DNA of 63,863 bases, filler included, from Basidiobolus ranarum (Eukaryota), in assembly GCA_040143965.1 (NCBI GenBank). It is 24 parts of 24 records of this genome, joined end to end, with 100 filler letters (N's around TTAATTAATTAA, not from the genome) between each part and the next. Parts side by side here need not be neighbours in the genome. Positions count along the whole stretch, not along the records: positions 50,680 to 53,238 come from JASJQH010003206.1; positions 53,339 to 55,895 come from JASJQH010003207.1; positions 55,996 to 58,552 come from JASJQH010003208.1; positions 58,653 to 61,208 come from JASJQH010003209.1; positions 61,309 to 63,863 come from JASJQH010003210.1; 19 more parts are not named here. The stretch is one strand, 5' to 3'. Shown here one piece after another: positions 50,680 to 63,863 of the stretch; the stretch's first letter is position 1, and the number at the start of each line of letters is the position of its first letter. Position numbers and translations under genes: made by a program. The notes beneath the pieces were generated by a model. It ran no database searches. It was not told where the DNA came from and worked only from the letters and a program-made list of their open reading frames with translations.

Positions 50680-52930
50680 GTATCATTTCACCATAGGTGC
50701 ACTCCATTGGGAACTCCCAGAATGTATAGCAAGGGCCTATAATCTCTAAGCATTGTGAAAGATGCAGCAGGGAATGTATTGAATACCAGCATAGATTCAA
50801 TATATCTTCTTTAAGCCTGTAATAAAGTTTTCATAACCAATTATAAAATCTTTGCACAGTCACTGTATCTGCCTGAGAGCTGGCAATGTGGGTTGATGCC
50901 CTAAGATTATATTAACAATATCCACAAAAAGTTCCCAAAGTTGCCAATACTCATCAGGCAGAAATCTTTTCAAGACAACACTTGAATAAATACAAATTCA
51001 ATAATTCCCATCTTTGCATTTGAATAGACACCTAGATGAGTGGATATTGATGGGAGTTGTGATAAAATAAGATGGTATCTTGATGTTTTCAAGCATTTTC
51101 CTCAAACATTGATCCTATCTTGAATGACTGCTTCATATTGAATATTCCACTATATAACTGAGTAAGTAATATTGGAGTGTTGTTGAATAGCAAGTGCACA
51201 GTGACTAATAGGAAGCTCTGGCTCCAACTGATCCCCTTTAGCTATACACTTTTAGGCTCATAGCTAATACCAAGCTTGATGTTAGACTGACTATTTGATA
51301 AATTGATATCAGCAATCATATTGTAATCTGACTGGGCTCTTGACAGTAAAATCATTGAGCTTAGTTATATATTTCAATAGTAGTAATGCAAATGCCTGAT
51401 TGAGTAGACTCCATTGATTCAAGAGAATCTACAGCAAGATAGTGCATTGTGCCCACAAAAACCTCCAAGTTTACTGATGGCAGGAGTGTCACCTATACAT
51501 ACAATGATATTAGCTTTAATAATATATTCACCCATCTGAGCCCCATTGGATAACAATTCAAATTCCACAATCAAAGGCTACAAGATGCTATCCATAAGCA
51601 CTGGTGATTGAGGTCCATATACAATGGATAGTTTCAAAATGTTATGACTCTTATACCATTCAGAAGGAGGAATATTTAGGTTGCTTAAAATTATTGGCCA
51701 TCAAGCCTTTCAAATGGTATATTTATTTAGCTAGAGACCATCCAGTGCCAATGCAAATGCATGATCATACATGTTCTCAAAGAAACCTTGACTTTTCAGA
51801 TTCTAGTGGTGATATCCATCAAGTATGTTGGTAATGCCATCAGCTTCACAGTGAGTACTTTGGTATTGGATCATTGATCTACATTTGGGTGATTTCCTAA
51901 AGCTTTAAGACAGGGAATCAACAGTATGTAAGCCCAATATGAACAATATTTACCTGATTCAGTGATTGTCAATTATGTGCAAACACTACATGAGCTCAGG
52001 TTTTTCAGATCACCAATGAAAGCCAAACAAACATATGGACATGAAGGTAGTTAAATTACTGAAGGGTTGTGGGTCATACACTTGACAAGTGCTTTCCACT
52101 TGTACCTGGTCTGTGGCAAGCAACAATTGCCAATCAACTGTGGTAAAAGTGTAAGAAAACAAGCAAACACCCGGGTGCTAAGATTGGATTGAACTCTCCA
52201 CTCCCTAATAATCAAAGCTGCTTCCTTTACTGTAAGTGCTCTGAGTAGACTAATGCTTGCCAATAACAAAGATTCCATAACAAAACCATTGTCCTCTTCT
52301 TCAACTTCTAATAAATTACCATCAGTACTGGAATAACTAAGGTCAACATCTAGCAGCAAGTTCTCAAGGTTGTCTGGATTACTGGTTAGACCAAAGTTGC
52401 ATTCCTATCTACATCATTCTGGTCATATAAATGCGGTAATTTTGTGGTATCTTGACTTTTAGCAGTGTTACCTAAGCTTTGAGGCAAGGTGCAGTCAGTG
52501 GATACAGTGGGCAAAACTAAAGTTCATTTTGTACATTCATCACGGTTGATATTTACCAGGCTTTGTGCAGCTGGTGGCTTTGTACAGTGACTGTGCTTCT
52601 GGTTGTTCTTTTTATGAAGCCTCTGGCTTTCTTAACACAAGAATTTGTGACAATAATAGCAGGGCTTCTTTAAACATTTGTTTTGTGGCTTGAGAAGGAT
52701 ATTGTAGAGAAAAGAACACCTCCTACATAAGGGTGGGATTTTAGATATAGCTCATCAAAATCATCAGTTGATTCTGAGACAGTGTCACCAATGAGTCATC
52801 AGGGGATTTACAAGATATTTCTGGTCATGGATGGCAATTTTGGTTTATTATAAGCTGTTTCTAAGCAACTTCATTACACCAAGTTTACCATCTGAAAATT
52901 TCAATGCCATTTAAAAAGCATTCAAAATCA
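50680..52930 (-). mobile_element. CMC element: long degenerate transposase
   Basis: Runs from the N-terminal CYYC motif through HAFA and GDTPAISKL..HNALSCC to WEFPME. Many stops. Confidence 0.88.
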
Positions 52931-53338
52931 AAGTCAAAATAGGCTTACAAGCCAAAGCCTGCTGGTACAACAGGAAAAGAACCAGCAAGAACAGAAGACT
53001 TATTTGATGAGCAGTCTAGCAATCCCCTATCCACTTTGGAAGGCTTTAACATGCCAGAAACTAACTCAGGTAATGAAGAAGCATTGTGCAAGTGAAGAGA
53101 TTGTAATCCCTCAATTATGTAGTATATCAATAGTTGAGCAACATTCAACCAAAACACAATCAAGACCATCATGTTCTAAAATGGCTACTTTGCCCACTAT
53201 TGAACAACCCACCACAGAAAATATGAATAGAATTATTANNNNNNNNNNNNNNNNNNNNNNNNNNNNNNNNNNNNNNNNNNNNTTAATTAATTAANNNNNN
53301 NNNNNNNNNNNNNNNNNNNNNNNNNNNNNNNNNNNNNN

Positions 53339-53702
<364 letters not shown>

Positions 53703-54637
53703 TTAACTTGCAAAAGATGTTATCTTGTCAATAACCGGATGCTCACTCAAGGTATTTATAAGAAAAGCAAGTATAGTCGATTGCAACGTATATTAACTCT
53801 CATCAATAATCATTATCCAAGTTGGATATTTGGGGATAGAAATGAAGATCTTGAATATAAACACGATCTAGACTGGAAAGTCTGGAATTAATCCGTCGAC
53901 GTAAACAAAATGCTGGGCATGTCTCGAATTTACTAAATTTCCTATTGTAATCGGGCAAATCGAATTGGTTATCGTAAATCTATTCGGCCATATTCTTTTG
54001 TATTCGGCTTTCTTCATGGTGACAATTAAAAAATTGAGATTGGATTCTTAGATATAGAGCAAGCAAGTTAACTAAGGTGCGTGAACGTTGCGTGAATGGT
54101 AGTATGAGCTATAGATCATTTGCCTGTAGGCACTCACTTCAATTAATAGCATATCTAGATTAAGTAGATGGACTACCATCCAAGAAATACCAATCAATGA
54201 TACTTGTAACATAAACGAACACCTGTAACATAAGCGAATATTTGTAACATAAATGAATTCAAATAACCATATATAAATCACCAATCAATCAAAATAAATC
54301 GATTAATCCAAATCCAACTCAAACTATTCAGGGATTAATTGATTCTAAAAATTCGTGAAAAGTTCTTGGGTTAAATTGCGTTAAAAGGTTGTTGTTGTGA
54401 TGATTGGCGTTTGATACTGTTTAGAACCTGCATCATCATTTCTACCATTTCAACCACCTCCTTAAAAAATCTAATATAGATAAGTGATCACTCGATTGCA
54501 AAATACATTCCCTTATCGAAAACTGCGGATTCAAGATTACGCAAACGTAATCGATAAGACGGATATTCTTTCTGGCGGGGCCGATCAATTTTTATAAATA
54601 GGTGGTATTGCGTAAAGGCCTACATACTTCAGAAATT

Positions 54638-55489
54638 ATGTCGAATTTTTCTTCTAACGCATACAACAGCAAGGCGTATTCCCAATTCCGCCCTAATTAC
54701 ACTGAGGAGCTTTACCAAACCATCTACAAGTTTCACGAAGGTGGTTATGGAAAGGCGCTGGACGTGGCAACTGGTACCGGTCAGGTTACCAGGGGGCTTG
54801 CTAATAAATTCGAACAGGTCCATGGTATTGATATTTCTGAGTCTCAGATCGCCGAGGCTGCCCAAGCCGATAATATCACTTACTCGGTTGGCATTGCCGA
54901 AGAGCTGCCCTTTGAAGATGCTAGTTTTGACTTGATCACGGTGGCTGAAGCAGCACACTGGTTCAACACGAAAAACTTCTTTAAAGAGGTTAAGCGTGTT
55001 CTAAAGCCTAATGGAACCCTGGCCGTATGGGGGTATTCCCTATGTTCCATTGAAGGCGGTTCCGACAAAGTGCGGGATGCAGTTAGAGATTTAGGATTCA
55101 ATCCGACCAAATTAGGAAGTAATAAGAGTGGCAACGCACTTCAAATATTAGAGAATTTTTACACGGATTTTGGTTGGGAGGAATTATCCCAGGAATTTAA
55201 GCATGTTTTAAGATATGAATCCCCCAAGAAACAACAATCAGCCCATGAAATCCCAGAAGGGAAGATGTTTGTGGAGTTATGTAGTATGGAGGTTTGGAGA
55301 TTCAGAGAATATCTCAAAACCTGGTCATCCTACAAGAAGTATAAAGATTCTAACAAGTCTGGACACCCTGCAGATGAGTGTATGGACTTCATCATAAAGG
55401 AATACAACCCAGGATTCCCATTGAAGGAAGATGATGTTCTTCCATTGTCATGGCCTCAGGTGCTCCTCTTGGCCTCAAACAGAGAATAA
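54638..55489 (+). CDS. Class I SAM-dependent methyltransferase (Methyltransf_11, Crg1/Tmt1-like)
   Basis: Y..FRP.Y, LDVATGTGQ, FDLITVAEAAHWF, LKPNGTLAVWGY and YLKTWSSY. Confidence 0.9.
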   Translation: MSNFSSNAYNSKAYSQFRPNYTEELYQTIYKFHEGGYGKALDVATGTGQVTRGLANKFEQVHGIDISESQIAEAAQADNITYSVGIAEELPFEDASFDLITVAEAAHWFNTKNFFKEVKRVLKPNGTLAVWGYSLCSIEGGSDKVRDAVRDLGFNPTKLGSNKSGNALQILENFYTDFGWEELSQEFKHVLRYESPKKQQSAHEIPEGKMFVELCSMEVWRFREYLKTWSSYKKYKDSNKSGHPADECMDFIIKEYNPGFPLKEDDVLPLSWPQVLLLASNRE

Positions 55490-55995
55490 GTCAAAATGAA
55501 ATCTCAGAAGCTATTACCGCTACTAAAAGCTGGCAAATAAAAGAATTTTCCATTTTACTTTTTGTTACTCAAAAGGTGTCTCAACATTGCCATGAAGTAT
55601 GACAGTACAAGTAATAAAGTGACAGTACAAGTAATAAAATAATCAACTTGGAGTGAATCTAATTTATTGTAACCTCGATTGGTCACAACCAGTCAAATAT
55701 CACATCGACTAGGAGCCTTGCCTGGCACCTTACAGTTGTTAGGGTAGTGGCCCTTACATAAGCTATCACTCTCTGAGCTCATATCCCTTGCCATACCCAC
55801 AAATGTAGATTCTATATAGCAACATCAGATCCTTAACCTGGAAAAATTTATAGCTCAGCCTGCGTGCGTCACCAGTAATAGCCCATAGTTTTAGCNNNNN
55901 NNNNNNNNNNNNNNNNNNNNNNNNNNNNNNNNNNNNNNNTTAATTAATTAANNNNNNNNNNNNNNNNNNNNNNNNNNNNNNNNNNNNNNNNNNNN

Positions 55996-56880
55996 TCTAG
56001 AGCCATTACTAAGCTCTGAAACTTGTGTGGCAGGATATTCAGGACTTTAACTATGATATTGTGATTAGTGGTATGTATTCCAATACATTCCATTTCATCC
56101 ACTACAATAATGACTGCATTAATTTGTGATTTAACATCTTCTTCTGGCTTCATCACTAAGTTGAAGAATTGGCTTCTTAGAAACAGCTTGTTGGTAGCAG
56201 AGCTTAATTGGTAGGTGTCTTCCCAGGCTTTCCATACTATCTTGGCAGTTATAACTCTTAAACATTCAATTAGCAAATTGTCTTTAACATTAAGATAAAT
56301 AGTGTTAAAGGCACTTTGCTCTTTTTTAACCTGGAGTAAAACTTTGGTTTCAGATAGTTTTGCATTGTTTTCTTCTCCCATAACAGTATCCCAAAGTCCT
56401 TTTTCTTGCAGTAGCATTTACATTTTAATTTTCCAAAGTTGATAAATGGTTCCATCCAAGTTTTCAGAAGAGGGAAAAGTTCCATAATTTAAGAAGTAGA
56501 TATTACAGAGAGTGCAAGCTCAGGGCTCATAACCTGTTAAAGTATTTGGGAGCCTGTTGGCAGTGGTTTGCAGAATTAGAGGAATTGTTGGTTTTCACTC
56601 ATTGATTTATTGAGTTGAAAATTGACATTTGTAGTTTTGTCAACAAATAAAGAAACTCACAAGTAGTATGAGTTATGGAGGGTCCCAGGAACATGTGTGC
56701 AAAGTTTGGGGCTTCTAGCACAAGTTTGAAAAATCTATATATCTGAGAACTTCTAAGTTGGTAAAAATATTAAAAGTAAGTTCCAATTGAGAATAATGCA
56801 AAATATCTTGGTGAATTATGAGATAACTAAGTACTAAGCTATATATGACTATATAGATGTTTAGGCAATGCTAATTTCTA
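55996..56880 (-). mobile_element. Copia 5' end: LTR, PBS (56523-56534), gag
   Basis: LTR ..AACA is followed directly by GGTTATGAGCCC, then gag NLDGTIYQLWKIKM..GLWDTV. The outer LTR boundary is approximate. Confidence 0.88.
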
Positions 56881-56884
56881 CAGT

Positions 56885-58552
56885 GTTTAGTCTCTACATA
56901 TGCACATACTTGACTGATCAGACATAACTCATAAACATCAGTATGCTTTACTAGCTAACTAATGGTGGAAAAAATGCTAAACATCTAAATATTTGAATAG
57001 CACTGATACTTGGCAAATTGCTGACTCTTGTTTCCACTTGCAATGAGAGTAAGCTCTGGGATTTTGGCAAATTTCTCTAAAGAATTCAGCCAAAATATTT
57101 CTGACTTGCAGTCAACAAATGTCCTGCCACAAGTATATGCGTCATTGTCTCAACAGATTACACCATGGCCAAAACAATAATACTGTATATCTTGATCTAT
57201 GTCACCAAGAAGTCTGTCTCTCAGCTCTCCTAGATATACCAGCAGATAATCACACAAACAAATTAGTCCAAATTATAGAGGTACTTACTCAGTGTCCATG
57301 GATTGGTTTTGTTGCTGTTATTGTGCTCAAACAATGCAAAAAACCATCGGCATATTTAAAAGAGCCCTTTGTTGTAAGGTTGATATACAGGTTTAATACA
57401 TCCAGTCATTGCATTTGAATAAACACCTAGATGAGTGGATATTGATATGAGTCCTGGTAAAATATGATGGTATCTTAATGTTACACACATTTTCCCAATC
57501 AATTCAAACTTTGATCATATCTCAAATGGCTCATTCATATTGAACTTTCCACTATACAGCTGAGTAAGTATTGTTGGAATATTTTTGGATAGTAAGTACA
57601 TAGTGCCTACTGGGAAGCTCTAGCTTCAGCTAACCCCTTTTAGCAATATAATCTTTGGATTATGGCTAATACCAAGTTTGATGTTAGACTGATTTTTGGT
57701 GAATTAATATCAGTAATCATCTTGAAATCAGACCAGACCCTGGATGGAAAAGCATGGAGTTAAGTTTTATATTTGAATAGTAGTAATGTGTTTGCCTGAG
57801 AGAATAGACTCCATTGTATTGACAAAATCTACAGCAAGATAGTGTATTCTGCCTGCAAAAACCTCCAAGTTTACTGATGGCAGGAGTGTCACCAAGACAT
57901 ACAATGATATTAGCTTTAAGAAATATTCACCCATGTAACGCTGTTAGTTAACAATTCAAATTCCACAATCAAAAGCTCCAAGAAGCTATCTATAAGCACT
58001 TAGATTTAGGTCCAGAAGTGATGGATAGTATAAAAATATTATGACTCTTATAACATTCAGAAGGAGGAAGATTTAAGTTGATTAAAATTATTGGCCAGCA
58101 AGCCTTTCCACTGGTATATTTGTGTAGTGAGAAATTATCCGGAGCCTGTTTAATTGCATGATCATGCATATTCTCAAAGAAACCATCCAGAGCCAACGCA
58201 AATGCATGATCATACATGTTCTCAAAGAAACCTTGACTTTTCAGATTCTGGTAGTGGTATCCATCAAGTATATTGGTTATACCATCAGCTTTATGGTGAG
58301 TACTTTGGTATTGCATTAATGATCCATATATGGGTGATTTCAACAAAACTTTAAGATAGGGAATCAACAGTATGTAAGCCAGATATGAACAATATTTACC
58401 TGATTCAGTGATTGCCAATAGAGTGCAAACAGTACATGACTTCAGGGTTTTCAGATCACTAGTGAAAGCCAAACAACCATTTGGACATAAAGGTGGTTTA
58501 ATTACTAAAGGCTTATAAGTCATACAACTGACAAGTGTTATCCACTTGTAAC
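56885..58552 (-). mobile_element. CMC transposase copy with internal deletion
   Basis: CPNGCLAF..C..C, LALDGF and WPIILINLNLPP.E.YK. Confidence 0.88.
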
Positions 58553-58652
58553 NNNNNNNNNNNNNNNNNNNNNNNNNNNNNNNNNNNNNNNNNNNNTTAA
58601 TTAATTAANNNNNNNNNNNNNNNNNNNNNNNNNNNNNNNNNNNNNNNNNNNN

Positions 58653-61208
58653 TGATGGATATCACTACCAGAATCTGAAAAGTCAAGGTTTCTTTGAGAA
58701 CACGTATGATCATGCATTTGCATTGGCTCTGGATGGTTTCTCACTAAACAAATATACCATTGGTAAGACATGCTAGCCATTAATTTTAATCAACTTAAAT
58801 CTTACTCCTCCTGAGCAGTATAAGAGTTATATTATTTTGATACTTTCCATCATATCTGGGCCTAAATCACCAGTGCTTATAGATATCTTTTAAGAGCCAT
58901 TGATTGTGGAATTTGAATGGTTATCTAATGGGGTTCAGACAGGTGAATATTTTATCAAAGCTAATATCATCTTATGTATTGGTAACACTCCTGCCATCAG
59001 TAAACTTGGAGGTTTTTGTGGGCACAATGCACTATCTTGCTGTAGATTTTATCAAAGCAATGGACTTAACTCTATCAGGCATATGCATTAATACTATCCA
59101 AATACAACACTAAACTCCGTGATTTTACTGTCAAGAGCCTGGTAAGATTTCAACATGATTGTTAATATTAATTTACCAAATAGTCAATCTAACATCAAAC
59201 TTGGTATTAGCCATAAGCCTATTATTACATTGCTAAAGGGGATCAGCTGGAGCCAGAGCTTCCCAATAGGCACTATGCACTTACTATTCAACAACATTCT
59301 GATACTACCTACTCAGCTATATAGTGGAAAATTCAATACAAATGAGCCATTCAAGATAGGATGAAAGTTTGAATTGTTGGGGAAAATGCTTGAAAATGTC
59401 AAGATACCATCAAATTTTACCAGGACTCCCATCAATTTCCACTCATCTAGGTGTTTATTCAAATACAAAGACTTCAAGTATTGGATTTGTTCATATTCAA
59501 GTGGAATCTTGAAAAGATTTCTGCCTGCTAAGTATTGGCAGCATTGCTGATGGTTTTACCAATATAGTTGATGTATATCACTACCAGAATCTGAAAAGTC
59601 ATGGTTACAATGAGAACAGGTAGGAGCATGCATTTACATTGGCTGAGGATGGTTTCATACTAAACAAACTTACCATTAGAAAGTCTTGCTGGCTAATATT
59701 TTTAATTAACTTAACTCTTCCTCCTTCTAAATGGTATAAGAGTCATAAAATTTTGATAGTATACATCATTCCTGGACCTAAATCCCCAGTTATTATAGAT
59801 AGCTTCTCCCTAACAAAAATAAAATTGATTTGATCTGGATTGGATCCACCCTCTGAAATGGCAAAAGCATCCAAGAACCATCACCATATTGCTGGCTTGC
59901 ATTCTGCCAGGGATTTTGATGTTGTGATGGCAGTTTCTTGACAGTATTAGATGGTATTCGTTCATGTTAAAACAGTGATCCTCAAATTTGGCATGTGTTA
60001 TTCAATATCCAGCAATTTTTGTAAAAATACAATTTTTGAATGGCAAACTACTGGGTTTACTGCTGTATGAATTCAATTTAATATGCATGCATTTATTTAG
60101 ATATTTTAGGCTTTGTATTCCAGCCATATTGTGAATCAAAATATACAAGATTCTTGTTGTGTTTAGTCTCTACATATGCACATATTTGACTGATTAGACA
60201 TAACTCATCAACATCAATATGCTTTACCAGCAAACTAATGATGGAAAAATTGCTAAACATCTGAAATTTTGAATAACACTGACACTTGGCAAATAGCTGA
60301 CCTTTATTACCATTCACAATGACAATAACCTCCTGGATTTTGGCAAATTTCTGTAAAGAATTCAGCCAATATATCCCTAACTTTCAGACAACAAATGTCC
60401 TGCCACAAGTAGACGTGTGATTGCTTGAGTAGATTACCCCATGGCTAAAAAAATAATACGCATATCTTGATCTATCTCACCAAGAAGTCTGTCTTGCAGC
60501 TTTCCTAAAAATACCGTCAGATTATCACACAAGCAAATTAGTCCAATTATAGAGGTATTTACTCTGTGTCCATGTATTGGGCTTTGTTGCTGTTATTGTG
60601 CTCAAACAATGCAAAAACCTGTGAGCACATTGAAAAGAGCCCCGTTTTGGCAGGTTAATAAACTCTGGAGTCTCCTTAACCCATTACATTACATTCATTA
60701 CTGATTTTGTTAATACATTGCTAATCAGATTAATATATGGTAATACAGTCAATTTCACATGGAGTATCATTTCACCGCAGGTGCACTCCATTGGGAACTC
60801 CCAGAATATATAGCAAGGGCCTATAATTTCTAAACATTGTGAAAGATGCAGCAGGGAATGTATTTAAAAATGGCATAGATTCAGTCTATCTTCTTTAAAC
60901 CTGTAATAAAGTTTTTCATGTCTAATTATAAAATCTTTGCACAATTGCAGTGTCTGCCTGGTATCTGCTGATGTGAGTTGATGCTGTAAGAATATATTAA
61001 CAATATCAACAAACAATTCCCAATGTTGCCAATACCTATCAGGCAGAAATCTTTTCAAAATTCCACTTGATATATACAAATGCAATACTTCCAGTCTAAG
61101 TTTATCCAACACCTGGCACCTCTCAACAAGCTAAAACACCAGCAAATAAAACTCATGGCTCTCCAACCTCAACTGGTACTTTTCAAAGTGTTGAAATTAG
61201 TCCCAAAG
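58653..61208. mobile_element. Mosaic of CMC fragments, with terminus B at 59808 inserted in the opposite orientation
   Basis: Plus-strand transposase 58653-59807 (two pieces), CCCTAACAAAAAT at 59808, minus-strand 3' half to about 61095, then an ORF2 fragment. Confidence 0.85.
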
Positions 61209-61308
61209 NNNNNNNNNNNNNNNNNNNNNNNNNNNNNNNNNNNNNNNNNNNNTTAATTAATTAANNNNNNNNNNNNNNNNNNNNNNNNNNNNNNNNNNNN
61301 NNNNNNNN

Positions 61309-61884
61309 AACAAGAGAGTTGGCCTCAACTGGTCCTTCCTTTCCGTCTCTTACAGCAACAGCAGACAAGGCGAGTGTCTTCTTCAACTGATCAATAATAT
61401 TACCGGCTTGATATTCTTGAATGAAACCAACGAAAGCATTCAGGGCGAGCAGACCAATAATAACTCCGAAATCTACCCAATCCTGGAGAGCACCAGCCAA
61501 AATGACAGCAACCCACATAACGTACTGAATGGGACCGCAGAAGAACAAGAAGAACTTCAAGATTTTGCTTTCACTTTCCATGGAAAGCTGGTTAAGACCA
61601 TACTTCTTTCTACGGGTTTCAACCTCAGCGGAGGTTAATCCAAGTCTTGGATCAGTTTGTAATAATTCTTCAGGAACAGCCACATTGCTCAAGCCACCTT
61701 CTTCGTCATCTTCATCTTCACCTGGTCCACCATCGTCACTCCAACCGTAGTCACTCATGATAGAAATGGCAGCTGTGGATTGTTGAGTATTGAATTTAGC
61801 AATAGGTTTAGAGGAGGCCAAAAGTTGAGCCTCACTCTTATTGCTTTCCCCGTTTGTCTGTTGGGAGTCTTCCTTTTCTGACAT
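61309..61884 (-). CDS. PMA1: Plasma-membrane H+-ATPase, N-terminal part
   Basis: [48 protein letters not shown]. Confidence 0.96.
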
Positions 61885-62103
61885 CGCCAAGTAGTTTCTT
61901 TTAGTGATGCCTGTTGATGTGTTTGAATAAAATATGAGTGTTTGCAGATTTTACCTTGTGGTTTTATAGCAATATTGCACTTATCGAATAATCGGTTCAT
62001 CGAAATCCAGTCACAATTTTTGATTGTAGTCAAATAAAGAAACTCTGATTCTGTTTAGGTGGGTGAGAGTTTATACGAAATTCCAGTACAATGAGGTGAT
62101 GTC

Positions 62104-62265
62104 ATTCGGATTAAGATACTTCCAGCGGATATTCCCGTGAAGCAGCTTTTGATGAAGAGAGAAATACATAGAGTTTGTATAGACATACAAGTCAATACCT
62201 AAAATAGCAATGGTGTTTCCGCTTACCTGTTCCTTTTTACTATATTTGCCACTCTCACGCTAGCG
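62104..62265 (-). promoter_or_regulatory. Conserved upstream module of PMA paralog
   Basis: Same motif order as 20612-20769. Confidence 0.65.
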
Positions 62266-63460
62266 CGATTAAACGTGCGATATTACTGTATTATAGTTAC
62301 TGATTATGGATAATCTGAGCACAATCGATGCATTGTGATTATTGACCAATCCGCTTCAAGTCCGACACAACAGATCGGTGAAAATATCGTTTGATCGATT
62401 TCCATTTTGCCAACTTCAGATTTGCTGTTACGGAGGGTCGAATCCGATTTAAACCTTGACATCGCGTCAGTAATAAAAAAATCAACAAAATAGGGAATAA
62501 AATACCAATCATTATCGAAGTGTTGATAGTATTGACCAGAATAATTGGATTGAGCGATTCGTATCTATTACCACTCATCGTACTTGCGCCACACAACCAC
62601 TCACCGAGCTTACCTACTGCTCCTTGAGCTACCACGAATTTGGTTGAAGATTGGTGCTACTGCTACATTTAGGTTCAACGTTTTCCGCTTAATCTATTTA
62701 ATTCGACCGTCAGTGACCCACCTTATCCGCAGTAAGCAAAGATGTGCGGTTCCTGTATTGCTTGAATTTGACCCAACTCTTTCGGATGTTAGTAAATAAC
62801 AATGGATAGTTTTTTATTCAAGCCAAGGGCTACGCAAGAGCTATAGTAATTAGTGTTTCGTTTATATAAAACAAGTTAGTATTTAGTGTATGACGTGAAA
62901 TATCATTCCAATCAGTAGTCACAATTACTGTTTTTGGCGAGGCGCGAATACTTACTGGAGGAAAGTATCTCCAATGGCTCTCCTTTACCCATAAACTACC
63001 AAATTAAGTGACTTGAGCAAAACACATGGCGTGTTGTTGAGTTTAATTTCGTCTGATGCATGGCGCATTAAATCACTGTTTTTTGCCTAACAAGTAATTT
63101 AAAATAAACAGTATATTGCTTCACAATACTCCCTTAACAGTAATATGATGTGTTACTGATTCTCGCTTTTATGGATTTCCCGATGACACGCTTAATCATT
63201 GTATTTTGTTTCAGTATGGTGGGTTAGATAAATCATTGGATGTTTCAATATAATGAGTTCACCAATAATACACCAGGATTACGAACCAACTAATATCAAT
63301 TACCATTAGGAATTCATAGCCCAATTTAACTTCTTTAGGATGACAAATGGTTTATTCAAACCAAAATTACTTACAGTTGTAACAAGTGAATTACAAAGTT
63401 TACCATCGGATTATAATATTAAATATGACTAAATTGATCTCTATTCTAAAAAGTGATAAA

Positions 63461-63863
63461 CTAATGTCCGGATTTTTCCCCTATTGTTTCGGTCAACATA
63501 GGTTGTTGCTGATGTTGTAGAGATACACGGGCCATTTCAACCATTAGGTCTTCCATACCTCTGTTCTTGGCCTTCATTGATTTACCATGAGCAAGACGAT
63601 CGAAGCCTGGAGAGTTCGACAGGATCATGTAGACAAGTGCCATGACAACGAACACACCGAATGAGTACAACCAGATACGAACAACTGCAACAATACTAGT
63701 ATCAACTCCTGTGAACCACCCGAAAATAGCGAAGAGTGATGCAAGAATATCAACAACCATCACAGCACCGAATAATTGCCATGAGGGGAGACTCTCAAAG
63801 AATGAGGTATTCAAACGAGTAATGAAAATCAACCAATTCTCAGTCAATGCTACCTCAAGGAAC
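63461..63863 (-). CDS. PMA1: Plasma-membrane H+-ATPase, C-terminal part (upstream tandem copy)
   Basis: Near-identical to 18766-19149, with a 6-residue longer tail ([10 protein letters not shown]). Confidence 0.95.
   Translation of the reverse strand, partial: FLEVALTENWLIFITRLNTSFFESLPSWQLFGAVMVVDILASLFAIFGWFTGVDTSIVAVVRIWLYSFGVFVVMALVYMILSNSPGFDRLAHGKSMKAKNRGMEDLMVEMARVSLQHQQQPMLTETIGEKSGH

Overview
This window is not one locus. It is 24 unlinked contigs of about 2.55-2.58 kb, ordered by decreasing length and joined by artificial N44-TTAATTAATTAA-N44 spacers, so nothing can be inferred across a gap. The DNA is eukaryotic and fungal: GAPDH, CCT2, P3A H+-ATPases, a POT/PTR2 transporter, a GH18 chitinase, a CBM19-like domain, an alpha-arrestin and short GT-AG introns. 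An early-diverging fungus is the most plausible source (inference only). About half the contigs are nested, decayed transposons. The dominant family is a CMC/CACTA-type (Tnp2/Transposase_21) DNA transposon that can be rebuilt from fragments. It is about 4.5 kb, has 13-bp TIRs CCCTAACA[G/A]AAAT that start with the telomere hexamer, ACCGTCA subterminal repeats and a divergent second ORF, and 11 termini are visible. Also present are a PIF/Harbinger-like family with NGACTTGTTCC TIRs and a 3-bp TSD, an ISL2EU/DDE_Tnp_4 transposase pseudogene, several Ty1/Copia families (one with a half-tRNA-iMet primer site), and solo LTRs. Repeats show strong CpG-to-TpG/CpA decay while genes do not. Notable host genes are a secreted 3D-domain (MltA-like) protein, a Gly/Asn silk-like repeat protein, a head-to-tail PMA1 array with a conserved promoter module, and a tandem triplicated orphan gene.
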